NCBI GenBank assembly: GCA_963663965.2
Contig: CAXXFK010000030.1
Span: forward strand, 224,001-288,000
From: Sedimentisphaerales bacterium
GTDB lineage: Bacteria > Planctomycetota > Phycisphaerae > Sedimentisphaerales > SM23-30
Direction of reading: 5' to 3'
DNA: 64,000 nt
This document shows positions 51,812 through 63,989 of this stretch, in pieces. The translations under genes were made by a program, and so were the position numbers. Positions within the stretch are counted from its first letter, which is position 1; the number at the start of each line of letters is the position of its first letter. The notes under the pieces are model-generated. The model was given only the letters and a program-made list of their open reading frames with translations, was not told the origin of the DNA and ran no database searches.

Positions 51812-53405
51812 ATGGCTAACTGAAGAGCTCCCAGATGATCAGAAAGAACTGGAAGCAGTAAGATCAGGACGAGACTGAAAATCTGGAATGAAACCAAAAT
51901 GCAGCTTGAGGTTAATTATCGAAGACAGCGGCGTCATGGAAGAAGAAAGGTCTCGATTGACCATACCGCGTGCGGAAATTGATAAACAGCTTGACGAGCA
52001 GTACCAGGAACTGCGGAATTCAGCGGTATTACCGGGTTTCCGGTAAGGGCCGAGCGCTCCGCGTCGACTGATGGAAAAGCGTTTTGGTGAAGATGATCTC
52101 TGACCAGATCGAAGCTGCGTCTTTTGGCTAAAGGCTTTTGAGCAAATCGAAGAAGAGCAGGATTTTGAAATACTGGGCGAGCCGCAACTTGAAACCTGGA
52201 AGACATTGAACTGCCGGCATGAGGGCGATTTCAAATTTGAGTATGAAATTGAAGTCAAACCGGAATTTGAACTGCCCGCGAACTGGAAGGTATCGAGGTT
52301 GCCAAGCAGGTTGTCGATATTGACCGAAAAGCGGGTAACTGACGAAATCGTTGCAGATTTGCCGTCAACGCCACGGCAAGTCATGGAGGATGTTGACAAG
52401 ACCGCTGAAAGAAAACGACATGGTGCTGACCGCAAAGCGTCACCCTGAAGGTTGAAGGGCGTTGAGGAAGAGCCGGAAGTTCGCTGGACGATGTATCCCA
52501 TGCTGGGTCTGCCCCTGCGGGATTCGCCCTGATGGGCATCGAGTGGTCCGAGCTGGAAGAACAGGTCTGGTGGGCGTTAAGGTTGGCGATGTGGTCAAGA
52601 CCTGTAAATCGACAGTGCCCTGACACTCATTCCACGTTGAAGATTACCGTGGGCAAGCAAGGCCGAGTTTTGACAATGGAAGTCAAGGCTGTCCGTCGTT
52701 TGAAACCGGCAGAACTGAATGACGATTTATTCGGTCAGAAGCTCGGGCGTTTCGAAACAGAGGCGGAGCTGCGTGAGCGTATCGAAGAAATGCTGGAAAG
52801 ACAGGCTCTGATCAAGGAAGCCCGTCAGTCGAAATGGCCCAACAGATTCGCGATTATCTTGAACTCCAAGCATTGACTTTGAACTTCCAGCGAAGGCGTG
52901 GCGGCTCGTCATTGCAACCAGCGTGCTGGTCCTGACGGCAGCAGTATTATCAACTGGTGCAGCCGGGGCGTGCCGGTGGAGAAACATGTCGAAGAGAATA
53001 TCGAAGAACATGCGGTTCCGTACTTCCATGCAGTGAAGCGAAAATCGGCTGCTCAACTGAAATCGAGCTTTCATTCATGGAAGCGGTCATGCGAGAAACT
53101 GGCAATTGATCAGTTTCCGAGAGGTGAAGTCAACGCTTTTATCGCCCAAATCGCTGGCATTCAGTTCAGGCGCGTCGTCCCGAAAAAATGCGTGTTCGAA
53201 CTCTATGAGGATGGCCCATGAGCGGTCGCGATAAACGACCAGCTGGCCCGAGCAGAAATTCGTGACGAAAAGGCTGCTCGATAATGGCCGATGTCTGGAG
53301 ATGTCCAAGGTGGTAGATAAGCCCCGATCGGAGGCTAACTGTTTGCTGGAGATACCGGCATAGTACCGGGCTCCGATAACCCGGTAAGACCAGACGAAGA
53401 AATAA
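51812..53405 (+). pseudogene. tig: Trigger factor, multiply frameshifted in this sequence (probably consensus errors; ends approximate)
   Basis: Fragments across frames: IPRAEIDKQLDEQYQELRNSAVLPGFR..APRRLMEKRFG, FEYEIEVKPEFELP, PAELNDD. Lies in tRNA-tig-clpP synteny. Confidence 0.85.
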
Positions 53406-53593
53406 GATCCAGGTTCCTGACAATTTTACTTACCAATCGCAAGCCGCCTGAAAAAGTCCGATAAATGAGATATAGGACAGGGGCTTAGACAGGCCGATAG
53501 AATGTACATGGACCAGGATTTTGGGGGTTGGGCCTGACAATCCCGACCTCTATGTCCTGCCCGACGCTTGAAACGGATGGCTAATCGGATTAA

Positions 53594-54301
53594 ATGGCCA
53601 GAATGCCGTTATTAATAGCTGTAAAGGACTACCAATCAATGATAATTCATCGTCCCGAAATGATCCGCCCGGACCAGATCCTGGCTCAGATGAGCGGTGG
53701 AATGAGCAATTATCAACGTACACGTGAGATGGGTCTCAACGAGATGCTGTTGGAAAACCGCTGCGTTTTCCTGGATATGCCGCTGGACCCTTCCTTATAT
53801 CACCAGTCACGGCACAATATGCCTCGGTAATTGATTAAGTCGCTGCTTTATCTGGACAATCTCAAGCGTGGCAGCGATATCCACTTATACATCAACTGTC
53901 CCGGCGGCAGTGTCCAGGATACCATGGCGATTTATGATACCATGCAGTTCATCAACTCCGATGTCTGCACCTATTGTATCGGCCATGCCGCCAGCGGCGG
54001 GGCGGTTATTCTCGCGGCCGGCACTAAAGGCAAACGTTTTGCCCTGCCCCATTCCAAAGTCATGCTCCACCAACCCTGGGGCGGGGTGACCGGACAGGCT
54101 TCCGATATTGAAATCCAGGCGGAAGAAATTATTAAGACCCGTAAAATCATTAATGAAATTTTGTCCCATCATACCGGCCAGCCGGTAGAAAAAATCGAGC
54201 AGGAAACCGAACGGGATCGCTATATGAGCGCTCAGGAAGCCCTGGCATATGGCCTGGTCGATGAAGTGTTGACGCTGGATGATAAAAAGGACAAAAAATA
54301 A
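53594..54301 (+). CDS. clpP: Clp protease proteolytic subunit, copy 1 (one apparent frameshift near 53810-53830; start uncertain)
   Basis: [16 protein letters not shown], then [26 protein letters not shown]. Confidence 0.9.
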
Positions 54302-54380
54302 CCGCTTGCCTGGAAATGAAGCAAGTTGTTGCGAACTTATAGACTATATCCATATTAATCAGATGAATTGTGAGGCAGTC

Positions 54381-54998
54381 ATGTCCAATCTTGTACCAAT
54401 AGTAATCGAAACGACCGGCCGGGGTGAACGCGCCTATGATATCTATTCGCGGTTGCTGCGTGACCGGATTATCTTTTTGGGCGGCCCTGTGACCGATGAT
54501 GTGGCCAACCTGATCGTTGCCCAGATGCTCTTCCTCAGTAATGAAGACAGCAAAAGCGATATCCATTTTTATATCAACTCACCGGGTGGCTCCGTCACGG
54601 CAGGTATGGCCATTTATGATACCATGCAGTTCCTGCGTTGCCATGTCAGCACCTACTGTGTCGGTCTTGCCGCCAGTATGGGTGCGGTCCTGATGCTGGC
54701 CGGTTCCGCGGGTAAACGCTTTATCCTGCCCAATTCCAGTGTGATGATCCATCAACCGCTGATTCGCGGCAGCATTACTGGGCCCGCCACCGATCTCAAG
54801 ATCGAGGCCGAAGAAATGATCCGGGTTCGTAATAACCTGTATCGGATAATTTCCCAGCATACTGGGAAAGACGTACCGACCGTAACTAAAGATTGTGACC
54901 GTAATTACTGGATGACAGCCCAGCAGACGGTCGAATACGGTATTGCCGATAAGATTCTCGAAAAAATGCCGGAATTTGCCAAGGATCAGGAAGCCTGA
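54381..54998 (+). CDS. clpP: Clp protease proteolytic subunit, copy 2
   Basis: [45 protein letters not shown] upstream. Confidence 0.96.
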   Translation: MSNLVPIVIETTGRGERAYDIYSRLLRDRIIFLGGPVTDDVANLIVAQMLFLSNEDSKSDIHFYINSPGGSVTAGMAIYDTMQFLRCHVSTYCVGLAASMGAVLMLAGSAGKRFILPNSSVMIHQPLIRGSITGPATDLKIEAEEMIRVRNNLYRIISQHTGKDVPTVTKDCDRNYWMTAQQTVEYGIADKILEKMPEFAKDQEA

Positions 54999-55040
54999 TA
55001 AAAAACCAGTTGCGACTCCCGGCCCTATCGACGATAATAC

Positions 55041-55077
55041 AAGCTCAGACAGCGATCATGCCTGTCTGAGCTTTTTT
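55041..55077 (+). terminator. Intrinsic terminator after clpP
   Basis: AAGCTCAGACAG-N9-CTGTCTGAGCTT followed by a T-run. Confidence 0.8.
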
Positions 55078-55178
55078 CATTACGAATCCGCCAACCGGCC
55101 TCCCGATGCTGAGAGTATCCCAAACCCGATTGTCGGGGACATGGGGAGCCAATTAACTACAATCGAGCTGGCATTGTC

Positions 55179-55778
55179 ATGAAAACCAACCGAATCAAGC
55201 CGCTGTATGTTCTCTTGCTTCTGGCCTTTATTATGGGTTGTTCCTCTCCCAATTCGGAATTTATTCCACAGCAACCGGATCCTAATCAGATCCAGATTCA
55301 ACAACTTACTGAGCAGTTGAATACCTGTCAGCGGGAAAACAGTCGGCTCAATGACCGGCTTGAAGCCTCGACCATGGCCAATCATCCGCTGGATGAATGG
55401 GTTCATATCACCGATATCGCCTTTGGTCAATATACCCGGGGACTGGATGAAAACAAGGATGGCATCGATGAAGGGGTTCGGATTTATCTGGTGGTTCGTG
55501 ACCAGGATGGCGATCGGATCAAGTTTTCCGGTTCATTGGATATTGAACTTTGGAACCTGGCTACAGATCCACCGACCGCAATCTTGAAACGGTCCTTTGA
55601 GCCCGCCCAGTTGCGTCAACATTGGATGGGGGGGCTGCTGGCGGATCACTACCTCATTGACCTGCCCTGGGACAAAGAACCGACGGATGTCGATATCCTG
55701 ACGGTCAAATGCCGGCTCCACGAATTTCTGACAGCCAAAACGCACGAGATTCAAAGGGCGATAGAAATCAACCAGTAA
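55179..55778 (+). CDS. Hypothetical lipoprotein
   Basis: Lipobox IMGC, coiled coil, beta-rich C-terminal domain. Confidence 0.75.
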   Translation: MKTNRIKPLYVLLLLAFIMGCSSPNSEFIPQQPDPNQIQIQQLTEQLNTCQRENSRLNDRLEASTMANHPLDEWVHITDIAFGQYTRGLDENKDGIDEGVRIYLVVRDQDGDRIKFSGSLDIELWNLATDPPTAILKRSFEPAQLRQHWMGGLLADHYLIDLPWDKEPTDVDILTVKCRLHEFLTAKTHEIQRAIEINQ

Positions 55779-55820
55779 GCGGTTGTGATCTGCTTCGGGA
55801 TAAAGACTGGATATAAACGA

Positions 55821-56732
55821 TCATTTTCCAATTGCCTGCCGGACAAAACCATTATTGGCTTCCAGTCGCTGTTTTGCCTGAACTTTATCCACCCCGGCCA
55901 ACTCCATGACAATAGCCGTTTTAACATGGCCATCGGCCGCTTGCAGCAGTGTTGCCGCCTGGTCATAGTCCACTCCGGTAACCATCATCACCACCCGCTT
56001 GGATCGCTCCTCCAGTTTTCGCGAGGTCATCATCAGGTCTACCATCATATTGCCGTAAACTTTACCCAGCCGGGTCATGGCTGTGGTCGTGAGCATGTTC
56101 AAAATTAACTTGGTGGCCGTGCCGGCCTTCATCCGGGTGGAGCCCATCAGAATTTCCGGACCGACAACGGCACAGATCGCGACATCTACTTCGATCGTGA
56201 CATTCTCGCGCGGATTGCAGGTGACATAAATGGTTTTCGCGCCAATTTCCCGCGCTTTGGCAATCGCGCCCAACACATAGGGGGTTCGAAAACTGGCTGC
56301 GATCCCGCAAACAATGTCATTCTTCGTTAGACCGCGAGACATCAATTCAGCGGCTCCGGTATCAACCTGGTCTTCCGAGCCTTCCTGGGCGCGGGTCAAC
56401 GCCTTTTCGCCCCCGGCGATAATACCCTGGACCATCTGTGGATCGGTGCCAAAGGTGGGGGGGCATTCCGACGCATCCAGCACGCCCAACCGGCCACTGG
56501 TGCCGGCTCCAATATAAAAAAGCCGACCGCCTTGCTTGAATGATTCGACCATCAAGTCGACTGCCTGGGTGATATAGGGAATCTGACCCTTGACCACCTC
56601 GGGGATCAGATGATCCTGCTGATTGATAATGTGCAGGATTTCTTCGGTACTCTTGTCATCAATATTTTCCGATGCCGGATTTCTGGCTTCGGTAACCAGA
56701 TTCAGTAATTCATTATAGACTGGGTCATTCAT
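55821..56732 (-). CDS. murQ: N-acetylmuramic acid 6-phosphate etherase
   Basis: TEARNP, GAGTSGRLGVLDASECPPTF, GSTRMKAGTATK, GNMMVD. Confidence 0.96.
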   Translation of the reverse strand: MNDPVYNELLNLVTEARNPASENIDDKSTEEILHIINQQDHLIPEVVKGQIPYITQAVDLMVESFKQGGRLFYIGAGTSGRLGVLDASECPPTFGTDPQMVQGIIAGGEKALTRAQEGSEDQVDTGAAELMSRGLTKNDIVCGIAASFRTPYVLGAIAKAREIGAKTIYVTCNPRENVTIEVDVAICAVVGPEILMGSTRMKAGTATKLILNMLTTTAMTRLGKVYGNMMVDLMMTSRKLEERSKRVVMMVTGVDYDQAATLLQAADGHVKTAIVMELAGVDKVQAKQRLEANNGFVRQAIGK

Positions 56733-58244
56733 CTTTCGTTTCCTGTCTGTGCGTGGATGTTTTTCAATAGCCTGCTGCTCAGGATGCCAACAATCACAGT
56801 TGTTATACTGCCGGCCAGGGTATACAGCGGCCAGGCCAGTTCAACGGTCTGAATCAAAATAGTCATGGTGATCAGCGCCACGAAAAATCCGATCATGGCA
56901 TCCCGCTGGTTCGCTTTGCGGCAGGTTAGCCCCAACAGAAAAGTGCCCAGCAAACCGCCATAAGTATAAGAGGCGATCCCCAAAGCCATTTCAACGACGG
57001 TTCCCTTCATATCAATAAAACACGATGGCGGTGCTCATCAGCAGAACCGCCCAGACCAGCGTGGCGATACGTGAGATTTTCAGCAATTGCGATTGAGTTT
57101 TATCCTTGCCAAACAGCGGTACGTAAATATCCAGTACGGTTGAACTGGACAGACTGGACAGGCTCCCGGCCAGGGTGCTCATGGCCGCGGCAAACAGCGC
57201 CGCGACGATCAAGCCGCTGATACCGGTGGGCATCACTTCGACTATAAATTGGGAAAGATACCATCCGCGCGCGTCAGGCCCAATTCTTCAAGCGTCTGGC
57301 CCCGGTAGTAGGTGTACAGCAGTAATCCAAGTCCCAGAAACAGCAGAAACTGGAACAGGACAAAAAACCCGGTCCAGGCAATCGCCTTCTGGCTGGCGCG
57401 TAAATTGCCGCAGGTGAGCACCCGCTGTACGATCAGCTGATCGGTGCCATGCGATGCCAGGCTGAAAACCGCGCCGCCAAAAACCGCGGTGAAAAAGGTG
57501 TAGGGTTGTTTGAAAAACTCCGCCACGGTCAGGTCGGTCCCCAGACGAAACCATTGGGCCTTACCTTCGCTCACCACCGCCAGGTCCATCACATCCTGAA
57601 ACCCATGGGGCAGTTTGGACAGAATAATCGCGCCGGCCAGAATGGCCCCGCCGATATAAACCGACCATTGGATCATATCCACCCAGATCACCGACTTGAT
57701 CCCGCCAAACGAGGTATAAAAAACTGTAATAATCCCGATGACAATAATCGACATCAGGTAAAATTGCTTGTCACTTAATTCGCTGAAAAAACCGCTGCCC
57801 TTGATAATAATCGCCAGCGGAATGGCCGTGGCGAACAATCGCACGCCATCGGCCAGCAACCGGGTCGCCATAAAGGTCAGGCTTGCGACATGACGCATCC
57901 GCTGCCGAACCGGTGACCCAGGAACTGATAGGCGGTTTCAATCGAGCCGCGATAATAGGCCGGTATCAATATCAGCGCCACGGCGATCCGGCCGATGGCA
58001 TATCCCAGCACAATCTGGATAAACGTCAGATTGCCCTGGTAGGAAATCCCCGGAATACTGATAAAGGTCAGGACGCTGGTTTCAGTAGCGACGATACTGA
58101 GTGTCACTGCCAGCCAGGGGATATGCCGGCCCCCCAGGAAGTAGTCGGTGGTGCTGGTCTGCTTGCGCCCGATCCAGAACCCCAGCGCCGTGGTCCGGCC
58201 ATATAGGCGATTACAATAATGATATCGATCAGGGAGAATGTCAT
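56729..58244 (-). pseudogene. Sodium:solute symporter, split by at least 4 frameshifts (probably consensus errors)
   Basis: DYFLGGR, SIVATETSVLTFISIPG, GGIKSVIWVD, GTDQLIVQR and AAAMSTL lie in different frames. Confidence 0.85.
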
Positions 58245-58247
58245 CGT

Positions 58248-59212
58248 TTATCCAATCTCCAGTGTCTTGAGTACGGTTAATGCTTCTGACGAAAAAATAT
58301 AGCCATCCCGTGTTGCCGCGTCCACCATGGCCGCCACAGCCGGGGCATATTGCCGCGCGACGTATTCCACGAATTTCCCCGTGGTTATCATGTTCTGTTT
58401 AAACGTACGGCAGGTCATCGAACCTTCCGCCAGCACCCCTCCGGCAACGCCAGCAAAAGCGGCTGTTTGGCTGTGTCCGGCAGATAGCCGGTTGCCTGAT
58501 CGACTAGGGCAATCAGGGCGCGGGCCGCCGCTTCAATCACTGCCAGCGCATCCGGATCGCCTTCGGCCGCCAGTGTATCTACCCGTTGGGCACAGGAGGC
58601 GACATACCGTTGCGGACGATCAGCGGCATAAGTCCCGCTGATGAGTTCGCGAGGTGTGTGTGCATTCATAAAAATTGAGCAATGCCTGAGTGAGTTTTGA
58701 AAACCTGCTATTATGCTCAGCGTCGGTTAATGCGAAGCAAATGGCCCGTTTGCCGATATGAAAGCCGCTGCCTTTATCACCCAGCAGATAACCCCATCCG
58801 CCAATCTGACGATAAGAAGCCATCCGAATCTTTCACCAGGCCAACCGAACCGGTTCCGGAGGCCACCAGAACACCGGATCGTTCTGCAAAAAATGAATCA
58901 TACAGAATCTCCGCGTCGGTCATCACCCGAAACTGCTGGAATCCCAGTTCACTGATCACCGATTGGACCATTTCCCGTTCGGCAATCCTGCCGGCTCCGG
59001 CAAAAGCAAAGGTCGCCCTGGTCGCTTCTGAGATGGATATATCCATCAACAGCTGTTCGGCCAGTGATTTTAACAGCGTTCGACACCCATCCGGCCCCAG
59101 CACACAGAGATTGCTGCTTCCCAGGCAGACCGTACGCGTCTTGCCGCTGTCAGAATCGAACAGCACGGCCGCTGTTTTTTGTGCCGCCACCATCTACGCC
59201 CAGGTAATACAA
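58248..59212 (-). pseudogene. BadF-type GlcNAc/MurNAc kinase (MurK-like), frameshifted
   Basis: TTG start after AAGGAG. YYLGVDGGGTK, ASGTGS and GGWGYLLGDKGSG fall across frames. Confidence 0.8.
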
Positions 59213-59352
59213 GGAAACTCCTTAATTAACAATGTATCGTTGCCAGAAGCCAGAAATCCTATGTTACACCCGATTAACAAATAATGCTATGTAAAATTTT
59301 GTCTTCAGGTTGCATATTAGCTTTCAAATTCGAAGAATATAAAAGTAAATTT

Positions 59353-60556
59353 TCAAACGGAACTTGCCCCGGGAATAATCTTGCCTAAAATCGCGCCGTG
59401 TCGCGCGCCCGTGGCCGTGGGCGCGTTATTGGCGATCCCATTCATCGTCGCCCAGGCCAGCATGGCGAAAGAAACCGCCTCTTTCGCGTCGCTGTCGATC
59501 CCAAAATCGCCGGTCGTCATCCAGGCTGTTTCCGGCAGGCGCTCCCGCAGCATTTGGACCAGGGCCGGATTGCGAGCGCCGCCCCCACAGAGGATGACCT
59601 GATCCGGAACTTCAGGCAGGAATTTACGATAAGCATCGCAAATCGTATGGGCGGTCAGCGCGGTGGCGGTGGCGATGATATCGTCCGGCTTTAATCCCAT
59701 GCGTATGCCCTTGTCGTAAAACGGTTGGCTATAAGCCAGTCCAAACATTTCCCGACCGGTGGTTTTGGGTGGCGCCTGCCGGTAATATTGATGCTTTAAG
59801 CTATCTTTCAGCAATTGGTCACTGACCTGCCCGCGCCGCGCCATGGCGCCGTTTCGGTCAAACGTTTTTCTGCCCTGGGTTGCCAGTGTCACTACCGCAT
59901 CCATAATCATATTGCCCGGCCCGCTGTCCGAACGCAAGTAAATCATCGATCGCGCCACCCGCCGGCAGGTAGGTCAGATTGGCAATTCCGCCAATATTCT
60001 GAACCGCCCGGCTATACCTGGGATGGCTGAACAGCAGATGGTCGGTAAATGGCACCAGGGGCGCGCCCTGACCGCCACAGGCAATGTCACGCGGCCGCGT
60101 AATCCGCCACGGTGGTGATCCCGGTCATCTCGGCAATCACACACGGCTCGCCGATCCTGGAGGGTTGACCGGATGGAGTCCGTTCCAAATTTCCGGCCCG
60201 ATGGAATATGATAGATGGTCTGGCCATGCGATCCGATCAGGTCAATCGAATTCAAGGTAATCGTATGTTTTTTGCATATGTCGATGAGCGCCGTTGCGAA
60301 GAGCCGGCCCAGTAAAAAATTGTAATGACATATCGCAATCGACCGTTGCCGTCTCCGGATTGCATAGACCCCCAATAAGGCCCTGCGGATCGCGGCCGGA
60401 TATCTGACCATGTCATAGGCAACCACCTGCCGTTGTTTCGCATCGATATCGACAATCGCCACATCGATGCCATCGGCGCTGGTGCCCGACATCAATCCGG
60501 CCACCCGCCATGACTTGCGCCTGGTAACTCGTTTGAACCGGTTTCGCTTTGGCCAT
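59353..60556 (-). pseudogene. anmK: Anhydro-N-acetylmuramic acid kinase, frameshifted
   Basis: GLMSGTSADGID, GSHGQTIYH, NIGGIAN, DSGPGN, KTTGRE, CGGGARN, AKEAVSFA. Confidence 0.9.
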
Positions 60557-60736
60557 GTGTAATTCCTGTGCTAATGGGCGTTTATCGCATCTTAATCAGA
60601 ATAACATACCTGTTCGGCAGCTGACCCAGTATAATAGGTATCAACGAACCATTCAATAAAACAACCGCAATAATTCTGTCTCGAGTTCGTTACTGCCGTA
60701 TTGGACACCCTGTAAAATAAGGAAGATAAGGTCATT

Positions 60737-61878
60737 ATGAATATTGCCGCTAAAATATTAATTGTGTGTTTTTCGATGAGCGTATTATTTCCCGGTGGAA
60801 TGGTCGCGGCCGCCTCCGATCCCAACGAAATCGAAACTGTGGTATTGGACACTATCCAAAATGGGATTATCCCCGGTGCGGTGGTCATCATCGGCAATCA
60901 TGAACGGGTTCTGTATCATCGCGCCTTTGGCCATCGCAGTATCCAGCCGGAACAAACACCCATGACCACCGACGCGATCTTCGATGTCGCCTCGCTCTCC
61001 AAGGCGGTTTCGACCGCGCCATGTATTCAGCTGCTGATCGATCGGGGCCTACTTACCCTGGATACCAAAGTCAGCGCCATCATTCCGCCATTCGCCGCTG
61101 AAAATAAACAGGATGTCCGGATCGTGCATCTGCTCACCCACACCTCCGGCCTGCCCGCCTATACCGGCGCCGACGCCTTGAAGAAAAAGTATGGTTCACC
61201 CTGCAAGGATCAGGTGCTGGAACATATCTATGCCCTCAAACCCCAGGCAGGTCCCGGCGAAGCCTTTCGCTACAGTTGCCTCGGTTATATTGTTCTGGGT
61301 CGTATTGTTGAGCTGGTTTCCGGTCAACCCTTTGACGAATTTGCCCGTGACCATCTCTTTAAACCTTTGCGGATGACCGATACCGGTTATAATCCATCCG
61401 GCACGCTCCAAAACCGCCTGGTCCCCACGACGGTCGTCGACGGCCATTGCCTGCTCGGCCAGGTCCATGACCCGCTGGCCGCCCTGATGGGTGGTGTCTC
61501 CGGTAATGCCGGTATCTTTTCCACAACTGCCGATCTGGCCCGCTACGCCACCATGCTGCTCAATCATGGCCGCGCAGGTGATCACCAGATCCTCAGCGAA
61601 ACGGCCATGGCAGCCTTGACACAAACCAGAATATTCGGCCGGGCCTGCGGCTTCGATGTCTCCAGCGCCTACGCCAATATCAAAGGCGCCCGCTTCAGCC
61701 CACAGGCCTTCTGCCACAGCGGCGCTACACCGGCACCTCCATCGTCATCGATCCCCAAAACGATCTCTACCTGATCATCCTCACCAACCGGGTTCATCCC
61801 ACCGACAAAGGCTCGGTCAAATCACTGCGAGTCCAATTGGCCGATATTGCCGTTGATTGTTTTAACAAAGTTTTTTAG
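60737..61878 (+). CDS. Secreted serine hydrolase, beta-lactamase class C/AmiE-like (one frameshift near 61725)
   Basis: ASLSK (SxxK), LLTHTSGL, FRYSCLGY, GQVHDP. The shifted frame continues YTGTSIVIDP..LTNRVHP to a TAG ending at 61878. Confidence 0.85.
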
Positions 61879-62291
61879 TAGTTCAGTATATACAATACAC
61901 TTGCTTTTCTAGGGCACATAACCTGATTTTTAGAAATAGATTCTTGTAAGTCATTAGTGTAAATAAGGTTACTTCTTGTTTTTTTGTTTTAATAAGGCGT
62001 ATTGTATTAATTTTTGATTAAAAATATCAGTTGCTTAACATGATTCATTAAATAATTTTATTGACATCGGTTTTCGGTTAAGGATAATAATATATCAGTA
62101 AATTGGTTTTTTAGGGAATATGTATGTCTTTTAGCAAAGAATTTATCATGAGGCTTAATATTTAACTTAACTATATTAAGTTAATGTATTTGGTGATTGA
62201 ATGCAATTTATTGCCGAAGCTTTAATTTTGGCCTGGAATAATATGCATATCGAAGATGCTAGGGCCGTTCTTTTATAAGATGAGGTTTAAT

Positions 62292-63461
62292 ATGGATTTA
62301 TTACGTAAATTATCGATAGTTATTGTATTGGCCTGTGCGGGATGTATGCAACAGAAAGTGATTGTGTGGGATCCTGATAGTAGTGAGGCAATCACTCATT
62401 TTCAGAAGCCCGTTGTGAAAGAAACGGATAATAACTATGCTTTATGTGAGCTTTATCGAGCAGAGCTATTTTACAAAAATGGCGATAGACAGCATAGCGA
62501 TACGCGTCTTAAAAACGCATTGAACGTAATGGATCAAATCGAATCCGATAAAAATGAGGCGGGTGCAGTCGCTCTGAATGAATACTTACGAACATATCGA
62601 GGTCAACCCTATGAGAGAGCAACGGCGTATTTTTATAGAGGATTATGCCAATTCCAGCTTGGCCGTTATGAGAGTGCCTTAGCCGCATTTCGGGCGTCGT
62701 TAGCTGAGGATGAAGAAACAAACAACGACGATCCAATTAAGAGAAAAGACTTTGTAATGTCTTACCTGATGGCGGCGCTTTGCTTAAAGGCATTAGATGA
62801 GAATAATGAAGCTGAGGCGATGCTTGCTTCCGCACGTGAACTGTCACCGGAACATCCGCTCCTGAAACCTGAAATTTTTCAAAACAACACGATTGTTGTG
62901 GCGGGTGTGGGGGTGGGTCCCTGGATGAGACAAGGGGCTTTCTGGACCGTGCAATTTGAAGCGGGAAAAGTCCCTGATGGAAATTTCCGGGTTTTAGAGA
63001 ATGACAAAGTTGTCGCTCCTTTACACGAAGTTACCGATCTTCTGATTCAGGCAGAGAGCCATAAAGCGGGAGGAGCTACTGGGGCGGCTGTGGCTAGAGG
63101 TGTGGCAAAAGAAGCGGTCAATATGGTCTTCTCAGTTTTACTTGGTGGTCAAGATGCTGGTATTCACGAAAATCGCGACCTCAGGTGCTGGACGGGTATT
63201 CCCCGTAAATTTTATATTGGTTCTTTCAATCTTAAGCCGGGATTGCATAATTTAACCTTTGACATTGTAACCACAAAAGAAAAAGAGCAGGCTCAGGCAG
63301 GACGTTACCAGCAAACTTGGTTTGATATACCCATTGCTGATGGAGACCATCCAAACCTTGTTTACGTTCGGTTATTAACCAATGGTCAGAATTTTTATGA
63401 TTTAGTTCCTGTCCCACTTCAAGATGCACTCGCAGCCAAAGCTGAGAACAATAAAAAGTAA
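62292..63461 (+). CDS. TPR-containing lipoprotein (COG3014-like)
   Basis: Lipobox CAGC, YRGQPYERATAYFYRGL, DLRCWTGIP. GAGG RBS upstream. Confidence 0.7.
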   Translation: MDLLRKLSIVIVLACAGCMQQKVIVWDPDSSEAITHFQKPVVKETDNNYALCELYRAELFYKNGDRQHSDTRLKNALNVMDQIESDKNEAGAVALNEYLRTYRGQPYERATAYFYRGLCQFQLGRYESALAAFRASLAEDEETNNDDPIKRKDFVMSYLMAALCLKALDENNEAEAMLASARELSPEHPLLKPEIFQNNTIVVAGVGVGPWMRQGAFWTVQFEAGKVPDGNFRVLENDKVVAPLHEVTDLLIQAESHKAGGATGAAVARGVAKEAVNMVFSVLLGGQDAGIHENRDLRCWTGIPRKFYIGSFNLKPGLHNLTFDIVTTKEKEQAQAGRYQQTWFDIPIADGDHPNLVYVRLLTNGQNFYDLVPVPLQDALAAKAENNKK

Positions 63462-63476
63462 GTAGAGGTTAAACAA

Positions 63477-63989
63477 ATGAAATTACATCGTTATTATTTT
63501 TGTCGTCATTATTCAAAATTTTATGCGGTTGCCCTGACGGTTATGGTTCTACTGGCAGGTTGTGCAAAACAGATACCATTTAAACCTAAATCAGCGGAGA
63601 GACCGGCGCCGGTTCATTGTTTTGACGCCGTTGGGCATATGCCCGGCACCAAGCCATTTATTTTCGGGGGAACCTGCTGTTGCACCCCCACGCCGGAACT
63701 GATGGAACAATATCATCGGGACGGTTTTCTGAAAGACATGAATTATGATCAATTGATCAAAGAGTATGAAGATCGGGGAATCCAATTTGAATCTATCAGT
63801 CACCATGATTGCAATAATTTATGCGAACATGGTCCCCATTTAGTCAAGGGCGGTAAGTGTATGGCTTCGCCGACTCCTGGAACAATAAACTATGAGGAAA
63901 TTCGATTTGGTATTCGCTATATGAACACTAAAGCGGCGGAACAGTTGCAAAAGGCGAAAGAGAAAGCGGCCAAATCAAATAAGAAATGA
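63477..63989 (+). CDS. Cys/His-rich lipoprotein of unknown function
   Basis: Lipobox LAGC, GGTCCCTPT, HHDCNNLCEHGPH..KC. Confidence 0.75.
   Translation: MKLHRYYFCRHYSKFYAVALTVMVLLAGCAKQIPFKPKSAERPAPVHCFDAVGHMPGTKPFIFGGTCCCTPTPELMEQYHRDGFLKDMNYDQLIKEYEDRGIQFESISHHDCNNLCEHGPHLVKGGKCMASPTPGTINYEEIRFGIRYMNTKAAEQLQKAKEKAAKSNKK

Noticed and set aside
51812..61878. Programmed frameshifting or phase variation
   Set aside because: The indels are numerous, irregular and mostly not at slippery tracts; sequencing error is the simpler explanation.
63808..63830. c-type heme-binding motif in the last lipoprotein
   Set aside because: CNNLCEH is CxxxCxH, not CxxCH.
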